Source of the DNA: Octopus sinensis
Taxonomy: Eukaryota
Assembly: GCF_006345805.1 (NCBI RefSeq)
Contig: NW_021835477.1
Location: 1 to 64,000 of the forward strand
DNA: 64,000 nt
Direction of reading: 5' to 3'
Shown one piece after another: positions 1-12,627 of the stretch; the stretch's first letter is position 1, and each line of letters starts with the position of its first letter. Position numbers and translations under genes: made by a program. A model generated the notes under the pieces. That model saw only the letters and a list, made by a program, of their open reading frames with translations. It made no database searches and was not told the origin of the DNA.

Positions 1-270
1 GACCGAGCTGCGTGTTGTGTTCTTGAGCAAGACACCTTATTTCATGTTGCTCCAGTTCACTCAGCTGTAGAAATGAGTTGCGACGTCACAGGTGCCAAGC
101 TGTATCGGCCCCTTTGCCTTTCCCTTGGATAACACAGGTGGCGTGGAGAGGGGAGGCTGGTATGCATGGCCGACTGCTGACCTTCCATAAATAACCTTGC
201 CCTGACTTGTGCCTGGGAGGGTAACTTTCTAGGTGCAATCCCATGGTCATTCATGACCGAAGGGGGTCTC
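1..270 (+). mobile_element. tRNA-derived SINE, core and 3' part (runs off window start)
   Basis: Core 'cttgagcaagacaccttatttcatgttgctccagttcactcagctg' is shared with copies at about 10500-10630 and 29100-29200, which carry A/B-box heads. Confidence 0.7.
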
Positions 271-300
271 CTTCTCCTCCTCATAATATCTATCTATCTA

Positions 301-347
<47 letters not shown>

Positions 348-616
348 ATATATATATATATATATATGTAAATAAATTATATGCATACATCCTTGTTTCT
401 TTATTTACATTATTTACATTCGACGGATCTCTCTCTCTACCTCTTTCCCTCACACACACACACACACACACATATCATTACAGAAAAACCTAAATGCGTA
501 ATACCTCGGGTTCAAATACAAATATATGCTTGATCACAAGTATATATATATATATACACGCATACACACGTATACATACCAACATAAAACATACATATAA
601 ACGTACACTCATGTGT

Positions 617-669
<53 letters not shown>

Positions 670-1875
670 TATTTATCAGGTTTCCAATAAACATTTCTTC
701 TGTAAAAGTTGAATTTATAACAGCGTAAGCAACAACAATAACAACAACAACAACAGCATTAACACGAAAAACTCATCAACAACAACAACATCAACAATAA
801 AACGAAAATCATGAAAATCAACAGCAAAAAAAAAAACAATAACAACAACAACAAAAAAACACTTCACTAGCAGCAACAAAAATACCAAAAAAAAAACACA
901 CACACAACCCCCCCCCACAAATATAACAACAGAATCCACATCGTTATCATCATCATCATCATCATCATCATAGGATTTCAGAGAAAGAGAGGAGGGAGGG
1001 CGGGGGAGAGAGAGAGGGGGAGGTGGGGGAGAGAGGTGAGAGAAAGGGAAAACATCATTTACATAATCTTCAACATGAAAAACATGACAAGACGGAACGG
1101 TAAGAAGAAGAAGAACGACAACAACAGTAGCAATTCCGACATTATCGTTAACAACAATATCAGCAACAACGACACCGTTGTTAACAAGATGGCGGAAGGC
1201 GGAGGGAGCAGGGAATCGAGAGAGCGGTGGAGGGTTTGACAAGATGGAACACTTCATATAAACACGCCATTTACTTATATAGACACAGATATATATATAC
1301 ACGCATTTGTGAGTCTGACTACACACATATACATCTATATACATATACATATACATTTATATATATATTAATGTGTATGCATACGTGGCTGTATATGGCC
1401 CCATATACGCATCTATAGAGTTGTATACACACACACGTGTGTGTGTGTGTGTAAGAAACATTGTTAATTTTCTCCCAGAAATACTTGTAGCCAACAAACC
1501 GGAAGAATAATTCGTAGAAATGGTGGCGTCTCTTAAAAACAACAAACAACAACAACAACAACAACAACAACGATATATTTATATATATATTACGCGTGCA
1601 CGGATGTGTCTAAATATTTTCATATATATATATATATACATACACACACTTTGTATATAAATAAATACATTATAAATATATACATTATATATAAATATAT
1701 ATGTATTCATTATATGTATATATACACATTATATTTATACATATATATATATGTACACATTATATACATTATATATATATATGAAGTGTTGATAAGTTTA
1801 TAATGTATAAAGATCTCTCTCTCTCTCTCTCTCTCTCTCGCTTTCTCTTTCTCTCGCTGTCTCTCTATCTATTTG

Positions 1876-1921
<46 letters not shown>

Positions 1922-2282
1922 CACGTACACACACAAACGCACTCTGAAAGGCACATAATACTGATATATAAACTACATTCACAAGATTATATGCATATAT
2001 CTGTATGTATATCTTTGTATGTATGTGTTTGTGTATGCATGTATGTGTGCGTGCGTGCGTGCATAATTGGCAAAAAGCTATCCAAGGGAAATAACTAAGT
2101 AGCCCGATGTCATGAATTTAGATAAATCAAGAAAATGATGAAGTACAGAGTGACCTTAACGAACCGCTTTCAACGAAGTGAAATTTGCCTCTTAGTCGGA
2201 TGAAGAGCATGGAAACTTAGATGTAACAGTTAGCAAGTGCTAAAGGGAAAGGGGGATAATTTCATTGAGTATTATCAATAAA

Positions 2283-2681
2283 CTAGCAGTATCGCCCGGC
2301 GTTGCTCGGGTTTGTAAGGGAAATAACTATATAAGCATTTTTAGAGAGTTATAGCCAAAAAAATAGCAAAAAAATGCATTAAAAATGGAAAAAAAATGAT
2401 GGTAAATTTTGTTTTAAATCGTTGACTCATCGTAGATATTTTTAGAGAGTTACTTCCCTTATATAATAGCGAAAAAATGCATTAAAATGGAAAAAAATTA
2501 TGGTAACTTTTTTTTAAAATCGTAGACTCATCGTAGACGCGCGCTAATACCCAGAAGGGCTCGATATGAATCACGACTATAAGATACCCGGTTTTGGTTA
2601 AACTGCACCGCAAAATGTGGGAGTAGTTAGGAATCTAAACCGTAGGAGACAGACACACAACCTCACTTTTATATATAAAGA
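2283..2681 (-). mobile_element. Non-autonomous Helitron
   Basis: Minus strand starts A|TCTTTATATATAAAA (2682|2681) and ends CTAG|T (2283|2282); subterminal GC hairpin cccgagc-aac-gccggg at 2295-2310; inserted between A and T with no TSD. Confidence 0.8.
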
Positions 2682-3146
2682 TATGCTTATACACATATCT
2701 CGTCGTATTTTGCAGGCACGGTGATATTTTGGACATGTTTCTGTATTTTTAGACTCATCGGAAGAGAGTAGTCATCTCGAAAATGCGAATTTTATAGATA
2801 TTTTGCTGCATTTCTAACAATGTCGCCAACATCTCGTCTGCTCTACTACGTGGACTTAGTAATATGACATTTGATGTCGCACTCTTAAAAAAAGCCAACC
2901 ACGTAACGTGAACCGGATAATGAAGGCCTAAATACCTAGGAGCCATTATAGATTCCTTTTAAACTTTCTCCTCGATATCAGGGAATGATATTTCAGATTA
3001 AATAAATTCTGGAAACGAATTGTAAAAGTTTTCCCCTTGTTGACGGAAATTTTGTAGGCGTAGACAAAATGTCTGATGTGAATAACAATTATTCTGTCTG
3101 TCTGTCTGTCTGTCTCTCTCTTTGTATATACATATATATATATATA

Positions 3147-3246
<100 letters not shown>

Positions 3247-3254
3247 ACCATACA

Positions 3255-3285
<31 letters not shown>

Positions 3286-3340
3286 CACCACACACAATAA
3301 TATATATATATATATGTATATATGTATGTGTGTGTGGTTT

Positions 3341-3832
3341 TACTATGTAAAGTATTGCCACTCCACTAGCAAAGTGCAGCAAAGAACAACAAAGAACAGT
3401 GATCCTGTCTCTCTGGTCGGAAGATTGTGTCAGGTGCTGAAATTCATCGGAGGCTTTTATCACAATGTAGGGTCAGTGCACTACCACGTAGAAGTGTGTC
3501 TGAGGGGAGCGAAAAGTTTAAAAGTGGTCGAACAAGCGTGACGTACGAAGAGGGAGCCGGACGCCCGTCAACCTCCACCATAGACGAGAAGATTCAGTAA
3601 GCTCGAGAGATCGTAATGGTGAACCGGTTCACCATCTTTCGGATCAGTGCACATTGCTAGTGGTGCGGCCATGCTTACATGGTAAAGCCAGAAAGAAAAA
3701 CGGCGCGATGGGGCTCAAACTTCGATCACGTGACCACAATACTACAAACTATAAACGGGCATGCGCAGAAGGCAGTGGCAATAATAAAGATGTGTTATGG
3801 CAAAAGTGGGGATAATTTTTCTTACTTCCCTT
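3341..3832 (+). mobile_element. Mariner transposase relic (N-terminal HTH region, internally deleted)
   Basis: Hand translation ...GAEIHRRLLSQCRVSALPRRSVSEGSEKFKSGRTSVTYEEGAGRPSTSTIDEKIQ*AREIVMVNRFTI matches mariner N-termini (KSGRTSV..E..GRPSTS motif); TIR-like 3' end near 3810-3832. Confidence 0.8.
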
Positions 3833-3923
3833 ATATATATATGTATATATACAGCATATATGTATCTCTGCTACATATAATAGAGTGCTCAAAGTGAAAA
3901 ATATTTACAGAGCAAAGCATAGG

Positions 3924-3991
<68 letters not shown>

Positions 3992-4308
3992 CAGCCTGCA
4001 GTCCGGATTTCAGACCTGTGATTCGCGATTATAAACAGCAATCAATGGATTGATATATGACTAAAACTTTATTCCGTTCACGAAAGGCCAATATGGAAAA
4101 TATTTGAAAGTTCAATGTTCTGTTTTATTTTGTGATTGATTTTGGATTGAAAATATTTCTATTATATATGAATGTATGTGTATATACACGTGTACACGCA
4201 CACACACATATACATGTATATATCTTTCATCCTTATTTATTTCAGTCATTTAATTTCGGCCATGCTGGGGCACCGCCCAGAAACAATGGTTGGCGGTATT
4301 GTTGTTGC

Positions 4309-4513
4309 GAGCTGGCAGAAACGTTAGCACACCGGGCGAAATGCCGTTACGTTCTGAGTTCAAATTCCGCTGAGGTCGACTTTGCCTTTCATCCTTTCGG
4401 GGTCGATTAAATAAGTACAAGTTACACACTGGGGTCGATATAATAGACTTAAGCCATGTGTCTGTCCTTGTTTGTCCCCTCTGTGTTTAGCCCTTGTGGA
4501 TAGTAAAGAAATA
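4309..4513 (+). mobile_element. tRNA-derived SINE family A, full monomer with 14-bp TSD
   Basis: A-box-like tggcagaaacgttag, B-box gagttcaaattcc; TSD ggtattgttgttgc at 4295-4308 and 4514-4527. Confidence 0.9.
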
Positions 4514-5272
4514 GGTATTGTTGTTGCTTAACTCTATGTATGTTAGTCTCTCTTTGTTCTGATCGAGCAGTCGTCTGGTCAAGGATGGCCCAAAAATGAC
4601 CATCTTGTTGTATATCAAGAACTGCATTATATACAACCTACCATTTGTTCGTTTTTTCCTTTGAAAGAAAAAAAGTACGATTTATTGTGTGTGCGTGTGT
4701 GTGTGTGTGTGTGTGGCTTGAAAAGAGATTTGGCTGTCATTTGGCATCGAGACCAATCTCTGCATTCGAGGCTGCAAATTTGCCTTGCGCTAAAAAGAAC
4801 GTTTGTGAAAAGCTTAAGTGAGTTATCTGAAGATGATTTTTAGAGTGATCCCAGCTTCTCGCTATCATTAGTAAAGTTCTGTTAGGTTTCCTGGTTATTT
4901 AAAGTGTTGCAGCAGTATAAACGTTTATATGTAAAAAAAAAAAAAGCGAAAAAAGAATGTGAACATAAAACTGGTTAATAGATGTCTTGTTAAATATGCA
5001 GGAATTATCAGAAAGGAACGAGCGAAGGTGCAATCGCTTGTATAAGATTTTTTCCCTTTATTTAAAAAAAATTTTTTAACGTTTAAATGTTCCTTTTCGT
5101 AACACATATATAAACACCCGACTTCGTTTGTGTGTAAGTGCATATGTATAAATATGTGTGTGTGTGTGTCTGTGCTTTTGTATTCGTATGTAGATGCATG
5201 CATGTACATATATATATGCACAGAATCATAAACAGATACATATGCATGTATGTATATAATACTATACGTATA

Positions 5273-5324
<52 letters not shown>

Positions 5325-5858
5325 AATGCATACATGTATATGTATATATGCATATACATATATATGCACACGCAGTCACACGTACATACATACGCACACA
5401 CATGTATACATATATCTACATATGCCTGCAGTCATACCCCTATCTATACACACGCACACATCTGTTTATATGTATATACGCATGCATTCATGTGTGTGTG
5501 TGTGTGTATAAACATAATCACTAACATTTATACACGAATTTATATTTGAATTCATATATGAACATATATATACACACACACACACAAACACGTATGTATA
5601 TATTTTGAGTGGTACTTAAGATGTGCATTTGGTTTAACGGAAAAAAAGTTCGCATAAAAATCTACTAAATACACCCAGACATATATTCCAATAAACACAC
5701 GCACCCACACGCATACACACACATATATAAACCTATAGACACACGCATCCACAGACACACATATACATACGAGTATATGAAACAATAAACACACACACAT
5801 AATCTAACAGAACCACACATACAGAACCCTTTGTTCTATCTCCCGCTCTTCCTCTCTT

Positions 5859-5889
<31 letters not shown>

Positions 5890-6430
5890 TACGGATGCAT
5901 ACACACACAGAGTAACATAGGGAAGTACAATAACACTTACAAAACGGGACCCAGGGCCTGGCATACACACGTATATATATATATATCCATATTCTCTCAT
6001 TCACAAACGCATAGATAGCCAGATGTGTTTGGCAGCCATGCAGACACACACACACACACACACAAGTCTAACGAGAGGAATCAGATGAACTGCCAGGAAT
6101 ATACAGGCCTCCCTCTCTCTCTCTCTTACACACACACACAAACACACACACACACACACATTCACAGTTATACACACATACACACACACGTTCACAGTTA
6201 TACACACATACACACACAAATAAAAACAGACACATATTCACACAGTTACACACACACACACAGACATATTCACAGTTATACATACACATACGAATAAACA
6301 GACACATTCACACAGTTACACACACACACACAAACAAGCACAGACATATTCACTCAGTTATACACACACATACACACACAGACATTAACACAGTTACACA
6401 CACACGCACGTATACAGACGCACACACACG

Positions 6431-6465
<35 letters not shown>

Positions 6466-6499
6466 GACACATAGACGGACATGGGAGAAATTTATTGTT

Positions 6500-7270
6500 T
6501 TGGAGAGCATATTGTTTACTTTACGCTATGATGATGATGATGATGATGGCGATGGTTTTAGTGGCGGTGGTGATGGTGAAGTTTATGATGGCGGCGATGA
6601 TGGCAGTGGTGGTGGTGGTGGTGATAATGGGCATGACATGGTGATGGTGTTGATGGTGGCAATGATGATGGTGGTGATGATGAAGAAAATGATGACGGTG
6701 GACTTGATGATGGTGATGGTGATGACGATGATGAAGATAATGATAGCCGTGGCGCTGGTGGTGGTAGTGGTGGTTGGTGGGATGATGATGATGGTAGTGG
6801 TAGTGGTGGTGGTGGTGCCGTTGGTGGTGGTGTTGATGCTGGTGATGATGATGGTGATGATGATGGTAGTGGTAGTGGTGGTGGTGGTGCCGTTGGTGGT
6901 GGTGTTGATGCTGGTGATGATGGTGATGATGATGGTAGTGGTAGTGGTGGTGGTGGTGCCGTTGGTGGTGGTGTTGATGCTGGTGATGATGGTGATGATG
7001 ATGGTAGTGGTAGTGGTGGTGGTGGTGCCGTTGGTGGTGGTGTTGATGCTGGTGATGATGATGGTGATGATGATGGTAGTGGTAGTGGTGGTGGTGGTGC
7101 CGTTGGTGGTGGTGTTGATGCTGGTGATGATGATGGTAGTGGTAGTGGTGGTGATGGTGATATTGGTGGTGGTGGTGTTGCCGTTGGTGGTGTTGATGAT
7201 GATGATAGTGGTGGTGGTGTTGATGATGATGATGGTAGTTGTGTCGTTGGTGGTGGTGGTGTTGATATCC
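6500..7270. repeat. Degenerate (GAT/GGT)n tract containing a 69-72 bp higher-order minisatellite (about 6 copies)
   Basis: Anchor gccgttggt recurs at 6817, 6889, 6958, 7027, 7099, 7180. Confidence 0.9.
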
Positions 7271-7844
7271 TAATGACCTAATTTCACCTGCTAATTGATA
7301 CCATTTCCTCAACTCACCTGTTTGACCTAATTAGCCGTAACCATAAAATGATTATGACGACAGCGATGTTGACGGTGGCGGTGATGGTAATGGCGGTGGG
7401 GACGATTATCAGTTTGGTGACGGTGCTATTTGAAGATGATGTGGTGGCGTTCATGATGATACGACTAACACGATGGTGATGGCGCCGTAGATGTATTCAA
7501 GAGATTTCACAGAATTAAAGATAACTTTGATGTAAACTTTGAACAGCTGAGAAAAGTCATTGTTAGGGAACCTCCGGGACCTTCCAGGACCCTAATATCT
7601 GATATAACCCCATTTTTTTTTTGATGGCGGGACGTGATTTACGTAGAAAGGACGATGTGCTGCTATATCTAGCAGGCTGACAATCCACTTAGATCTGCTC
7701 CTTTCTTGGTCTGTATGAACAAATAGATTTTAGTCTGTGACACACAGACACAAAGGTACAGAAGAGGTACAATCACCGAAATTTAACTCCACGTATATGA
7801 CCGGCGTGGTTTTATCTAACACCGAGTGATTAAGTGCAGGTGCG

Positions 7845-7960
7845 TGGCCCGGGTGCAGTCACGATTGCAAGATCTTAGTTTCAATTCCCAGACCGGCCGT
7901 GCGCTGTGTTCTTGGGGAGGTCCATGCGGCTGTGATGGGTAACCAGGCAACGGACCGGTA
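7845..7960 (+). mobile_element. Degenerate tRNA-SINE head
   Basis: B-box-like 'agtttcaattcccagaccggccgtgcgctgtgttcttg' resembles heads at 24781 and 29070. Confidence 0.5.
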
Positions 7961-7964
7961 TTAG

Positions 7965-8407
7965 TGATGATGATGATGATGATGCCGATGATGATGATGA
8001 TGATGTTGGTGATGATGATGTTGGTGATGATGATGTTGGTGATGATGATGACGACGTTCAGGGGGTAATGTTGGGATCTCGCTCGTTTATACTGTCATAG
8101 AAACAGGGTAACCAGCCCTGTGAATCTATGACGCAAGAAAATAATGCACTGGGGTGGGGGTTCATGGTGGTGGTGGTGGTGATGACAATGATGACGATAA
8201 TGTTGGTGATGATGATACTGGTGATGACGATGATGGAGGCGGTAATGGTGCTGGTGGTGATGACGGCGACAACGACGATGATAATAGTGGTGTTGGTGGT
8301 GTTGGTGGTGATGATGATGATGATGATGATAGTGATGGTGACGACGATAATGATGATGATGATGATGATGATAATGATGATGATGATGATGACGACGAAG
8401 ATGTTAG

Positions 8408-8440
<33 letters not shown>

Positions 8441-8525
8441 CGACGAAGATGTTAGTGATGATGACGATGATGATGATGATGGTGGTGGTGGTGTTGCTGG
8501 TGGTGATGACGACGACGACGAAGAA
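7965..8525. repeat. Degenerate (GAT)n/(GGT)n microsatellite
   Basis: Direct inspection. Confidence 0.9.
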
Positions 8526-8874
8526 TGATTTAACGCAAACCCCGTTCCCGTAGAATTCGATCTCGTAACACTGCATCGAACACTCGCTTCCGTTTCATCA
8601 TTTGTTCAACGTTTGAAAGGATGACCGAATTTATTTGATTAATTGCTCTGTTAAAACAAAAGATCACCAGACACGTGACACTGGCACCGTTAGAGATAGA
8701 TCACGTGACTGCCGTAGCTGGCTTTGCAAAGGTGTGAGATGCTTCCACGAACTCAGTTCAGTTTTGGCAACGGTGGAAGTGTCCGAAAGGTCACTCGAGG
8801 TCATCTGATTGCTCGTTAACTGCTCCCGGAATCAATCAATTGTTCTTATGGACTAAAGACAATCGTTGTTTTGT

Positions 8875-9830
8875 CATCACCCCCTACCCCCTCTGCTGCC
8901 ATCACCACCACCACCACCATCACCACCACCACTACCACCACCACCACTACCACCACCACCACTACCACCACACCACCACCACCACCACCACCACCACCAC
9001 CACTACCACCACCACCACCACTACCACCACCACTACCACCACCACCACTACCACCACCACTACCACCACCACCACCACTACCACACCACCACCACTACCA
9101 CCACCACCACCACTACCCACCACCACCACCACCACCAACCACCACCACCACTACCACCACCACCACTACCACACCACCACCATCACCACCACCACTACCA
9201 CCACCACCACCACTACCACCACCACCACCACCACCACCACCACCACCACCACCACCACCACCAACCACCACCACCACCACTACCACCACCACACCACCAC
9301 CACCACCACCACCACCACCACCATCACCACCACTACCATTACCACTACTACCTGTACCACTATCAATAATAGCTCAAGCAGGAATAACATAAAGGCCATC
9401 ACCAGCACTACTACCACCACCACCTCCACCACAACAACCACCGTCACTACCACCTCCATCACTACCACATTACAACCACCACCAGCACCAGCACCACCAC
9501 CATCACTACTACTACCACCACAACCACTGCAACCACCGTGACTACCACCATCGCTACTACCACCTCAACCATTACCACCACTACCTCCACCACCGCGACC
9601 ACGACCATCACAACCACCACCACCACCACGACCATCACAACCACCACCACCACCATCACCATGACTACAACCATCACCACAACCGCAAACACCATCACCA
9701 CCGTCCCTACAATGACCAGAACCATCAGTACCATGACCACCACCCGACCACAAAATGTACAACCTCCCTACCACAACCACCACCACCACCACCACCACCA
9801 CCACAACAACAACAACAACCACCATCTTAA
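8875..9830. repeat. Degenerate (CCA/CTA)n microsatellite
   Basis: Direct inspection; source of the poly-P/T/H ORFs. Confidence 0.95.
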
Positions 9831-9857
9831 CACTGTATGCAGTTATTAGAACAATTG

Positions 9858-10038
9858 CCACTAGATGGCGTTAGGTAATTGAACTAATTGACGTTTGTTC
9901 CTTAATTAGTGAAAATGGAATGTCTGGGTGTAAGGAGGGGTGAAATGGTGAAGCAGAATAATATCGATGTGTCTAATTAACGCCAGGGGGCGTTGGATAC
10001 GTGTAATTGTAATTCATCCGATTAACACTAGAGGGCGT
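9858..10038 (+). promoter_or_regulatory. Cluster of three co-oriented CTCF-like motifs (candidate insulator)
   Basis: CCACTAGATGGCG 9858-9870; ACGCCAGGGGGCGT 9980-9993; ACACTAGAGGGCGT 10025-10038, versus consensus CCASYAGRKGGCR. Confidence 0.6.
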
Positions 10039-10294
10039 TTGTGAATAACGAGATAATTACTATTAATCTCATTATAACTGGACAGACGACATATGGCAGC
10101 GTTTTCGGTCGAAACCCACCTCCGCACCCCCAACCATACACTCGAATCTTCTAGATGGGTACCACTGACCAAATTCAAGGGATCTGCTTTACTACCCGAA
10201 TTTGACAATGGGTCCATGCTTATTCAGAGATGCCATGCTGGTCCTGAGTCCAAAACAGCCAAATAACAGCATCCCTGTATACTGCGGCGGACTG

Positions 10295-10632
10295 TTCCAC
10301 AAGAATAAATTTGAAAAATGACACTCCGTCGGTTGCGACGATGACGGTTCCAGTTGATCCGATCAATGGAACAGCCTGCTCGTGAAATTAACGTGCAAGT
10401 GGCTGAGTACTCCACAGACACGTGTGCCCTTAACGTAGTTCATAGGGAGATCCAGCGTGACAGAGAATATGCCAAGGCTGGCCCTTTTTGAAATACAGGT
10501 GCAACTTATTTTTGCCAGCTGAGTGAACTGGAGCAAAGGGAAATAAAGTGTCTTGCTCAAGGACACATCACGCTGCCGGGAATCGAACTCACGACCTTAC
10601 GATTGTGAGCCGAATGCCTTAACCACAAAGCT
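10295..10632 (-). mobile_element. tRNA-derived SINE family C (tRNA head, core, shared 3' tail)
   Basis: Minus head tgtggttaagg...gtgagttcgattcccgg; tail cacgttaatttcacgagcaggctgttcc...accgacggagtg shared with copies at 12085, 24781 and 36625. Confidence 0.85.
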
Positions 10633-11084
10633 ACACATCTCATAAAGACCAAACTCTAGATGTAACTGCCCTACACAATCTACCCAATAATAGATTGAGT
10701 ACGACCATGTGCTACAACCAACTGCTTTACGCTGTCTATTTACCTGTAATTACGAGCGGTGTTCATTAAAGATTTCCCCTGACCCACTTCTCAAGGACTG
10801 GCATAAACGAAACTTGGCCTAATTATTAGTCCTTCTCTCTACATATCCCAATGGTGACCTACTTCTCCAATCTTCTGTAGAAGTCGGCGGATTGCGTCTA
10901 GAGCCAAGACTTTACCTCGGATATACGTTCATCATCACCCGAAAAGTGCTTCCCCTTCAAAGAAGACTTCATGGTTGGAAAGAGGTGGAAAGTCAGGTTG
11001 TGCAAGGAAGGGAGAGTAAGGGGGACGAGGAAGGATTTCATAGCCGTAGGAGTGTGCTTTCATCTGGTCAACATGCACATTCAG

Positions 11085-11260
11085 TTCTATATTTAAGAGA
11101 TGAGGAATTACGTGCATTATTTACATTTGACGGATATTTTTCCTCATCTTGTTTGTTGTTAAACACAATGTTTCGGCTGATATACCCTCCAGCCTTCTTC
11201 AGGTGTCTTGGGGAAATTTCGAACCTGGGTTCTCATTCCTAAGGTATTTTTCGATGTTGC

Positions 11261-11295
<35 letters not shown>

Positions 11296-11392
11296 TATTA
11301 TTATTATTGTTCAGGTCACTGCTTGGAATCGAACTCGGAATCTTGGGGTTAGTAGCCCGATCTCTTAACCACTACGCCATATGCCCGTGGAC
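11085..11392 (-). mobile_element. tRNA-headed SINE-like element with a hammerhead-bearing tail, nested in the mariner
   Basis: A box TGGCGTAGTGG (11379-11369), B box GAGTTCGATTCC (11336-11325), (AAT)n linker, hammerhead motif at 11207-11162. Confidence 0.75.
11162..11207 (-). ncRNA. Minimal type-I hammerhead ribozyme motif
   Basis: gacac-CTGAAGA-a-ggctg(gagggtatat)cagcc-GAAA-ca-T-T-gtgtt; helix I and II pair; helix III ACAT is likely a decayed ACGT. Confidence 0.65.
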
Positions 11393-12084
11393 AACATAGA
11401 GACATGTGCGATTATGTACAAGTTCCGTTTCCTGCACTAACCGGAAGTGGGTCAGGGGAAATCTTTAATGAACACGCCTTGTAAGTACCTCACGACGGCG
11501 CAGTCAGTTGTTTTACACAGTGTACGTAACTAAAAGCAGGTACCGCAATTTACCGAAGGGTATTACAGCCGAATGTTTTACTCAGTGTACATAACTGAGC
11601 AGGTTCTATACTCAGCAAACCAGCACACTGCTCACTCCATCACTCAGCTCTCTCTCTCAGCTCAGCTATGAATAGGCTTCACAAATACAGGGACGCGTAC
11701 ATACACGTATGGCTGTTCATGTATATTTGTTTATACACTCATAAATACATTCTACGGCGCACACATGCCCACACGGCCAGGCATTGAACCAACAGGAAGC
11801 ACAAACATGTATATACACACATGTACACTTGTACACAATTATGTACACAATTATGTATAGACACGTGCATAAATGCCTTAACAACGTGTTAAGTTTCCCA
11901 TAATACTCGGAACATCCGGTTTACAATATACAACTAGTTATAATTTTGAAATGTGGCAGCTTTATTAAATAAACTAAAGACCACACACACACACACACAT
12001 TGACGACTTCAACACATATGTATTTAAGAGCATTAGTGCAGGTGTACTTGAACCGGCATCCTCAATATACATATCCAACTGGCT

Positions 12085-12365
12085 CTCCGTCGGTTACGAC
12101 GACGAGTGTTCCAGCTGATCCGACCAAGAGAGGAGCCTACATTTGAAATTAACTGAGCGTTCTGCAGATAAGCATATCCTTAACGTAGTTCTCAGACATT
12201 CAACGTGACACGGAATGTGACGAGGCTGGCCGTTTGAAGTACGGTTACAACTTATTAGGATGGAGCAACGTGAAATGAAGTGGCTTGCTGAAGGACACAA
12301 CACCCTGCCGGGCACGACCTTGCCGTCGTGAGCTGAATACCCTGATCAATTAGCCACGCACCTTA
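12085..12365 (-). mobile_element. SINE family C, degenerate
   Basis: Tail ctccgtcggttacgacgacg...gttccagctgatccga shared with other family C copies. Confidence 0.75.
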
Positions 12366-12627
12366 ACTAAACACAAAAATGCACACACATATGCACCAGA
12401 ATACATACTCAATCAGGCGCGTGTGTGAATCTATCTATCTGCCTATCTATCTATCTATCTGATATATATATATAAAATACGTTATATATAGTCAGGAACA
12501 GCCATATCTTAGTCAGTCAATGGAAGGACTTCACTACCTCATATGTTTTTAAAATTTAAATCTACATCTTTGTCTGTATAATGTTGCCACTTGATTTGAA
12601 AATTTTTGTATTGATGGAAAACCTCTA

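Larger units (their letters stand above)
10753..11481 (-). mobile_element. Internally deleted mariner element with TIRs and TA TSD
   Basis: TIR gtgttcattaaagatttcccctgacccacttc at both ends, TA at 10751-10752 and 11482-11483; minus strand encodes YEILPRPPYSPFLAQPDF (mariner YSPDLAPSD motif). Confidence 0.88.

Noticed and set aside
2750-3060. Helitron PIF1 helicase fragment (AYKISVNKGKTF; F.RVR)
   Set aside because: Only faint resemblance to AFAMTINKSQGQT and GQLYVAFSRV, needing several frameshifts; needs TBLASTN.
6521-7312. 263-aa His-rich ORF as a beak or metal-binding protein
   Set aside because: Pure antisense of a (GAT/GGT)n minisatellite; lacks GHG-type motifs or a signal peptide.
11521-11925. 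Solo LTR (TG...CA)
   Set aside because: Ends look LTR-like but no target-site duplication was found.
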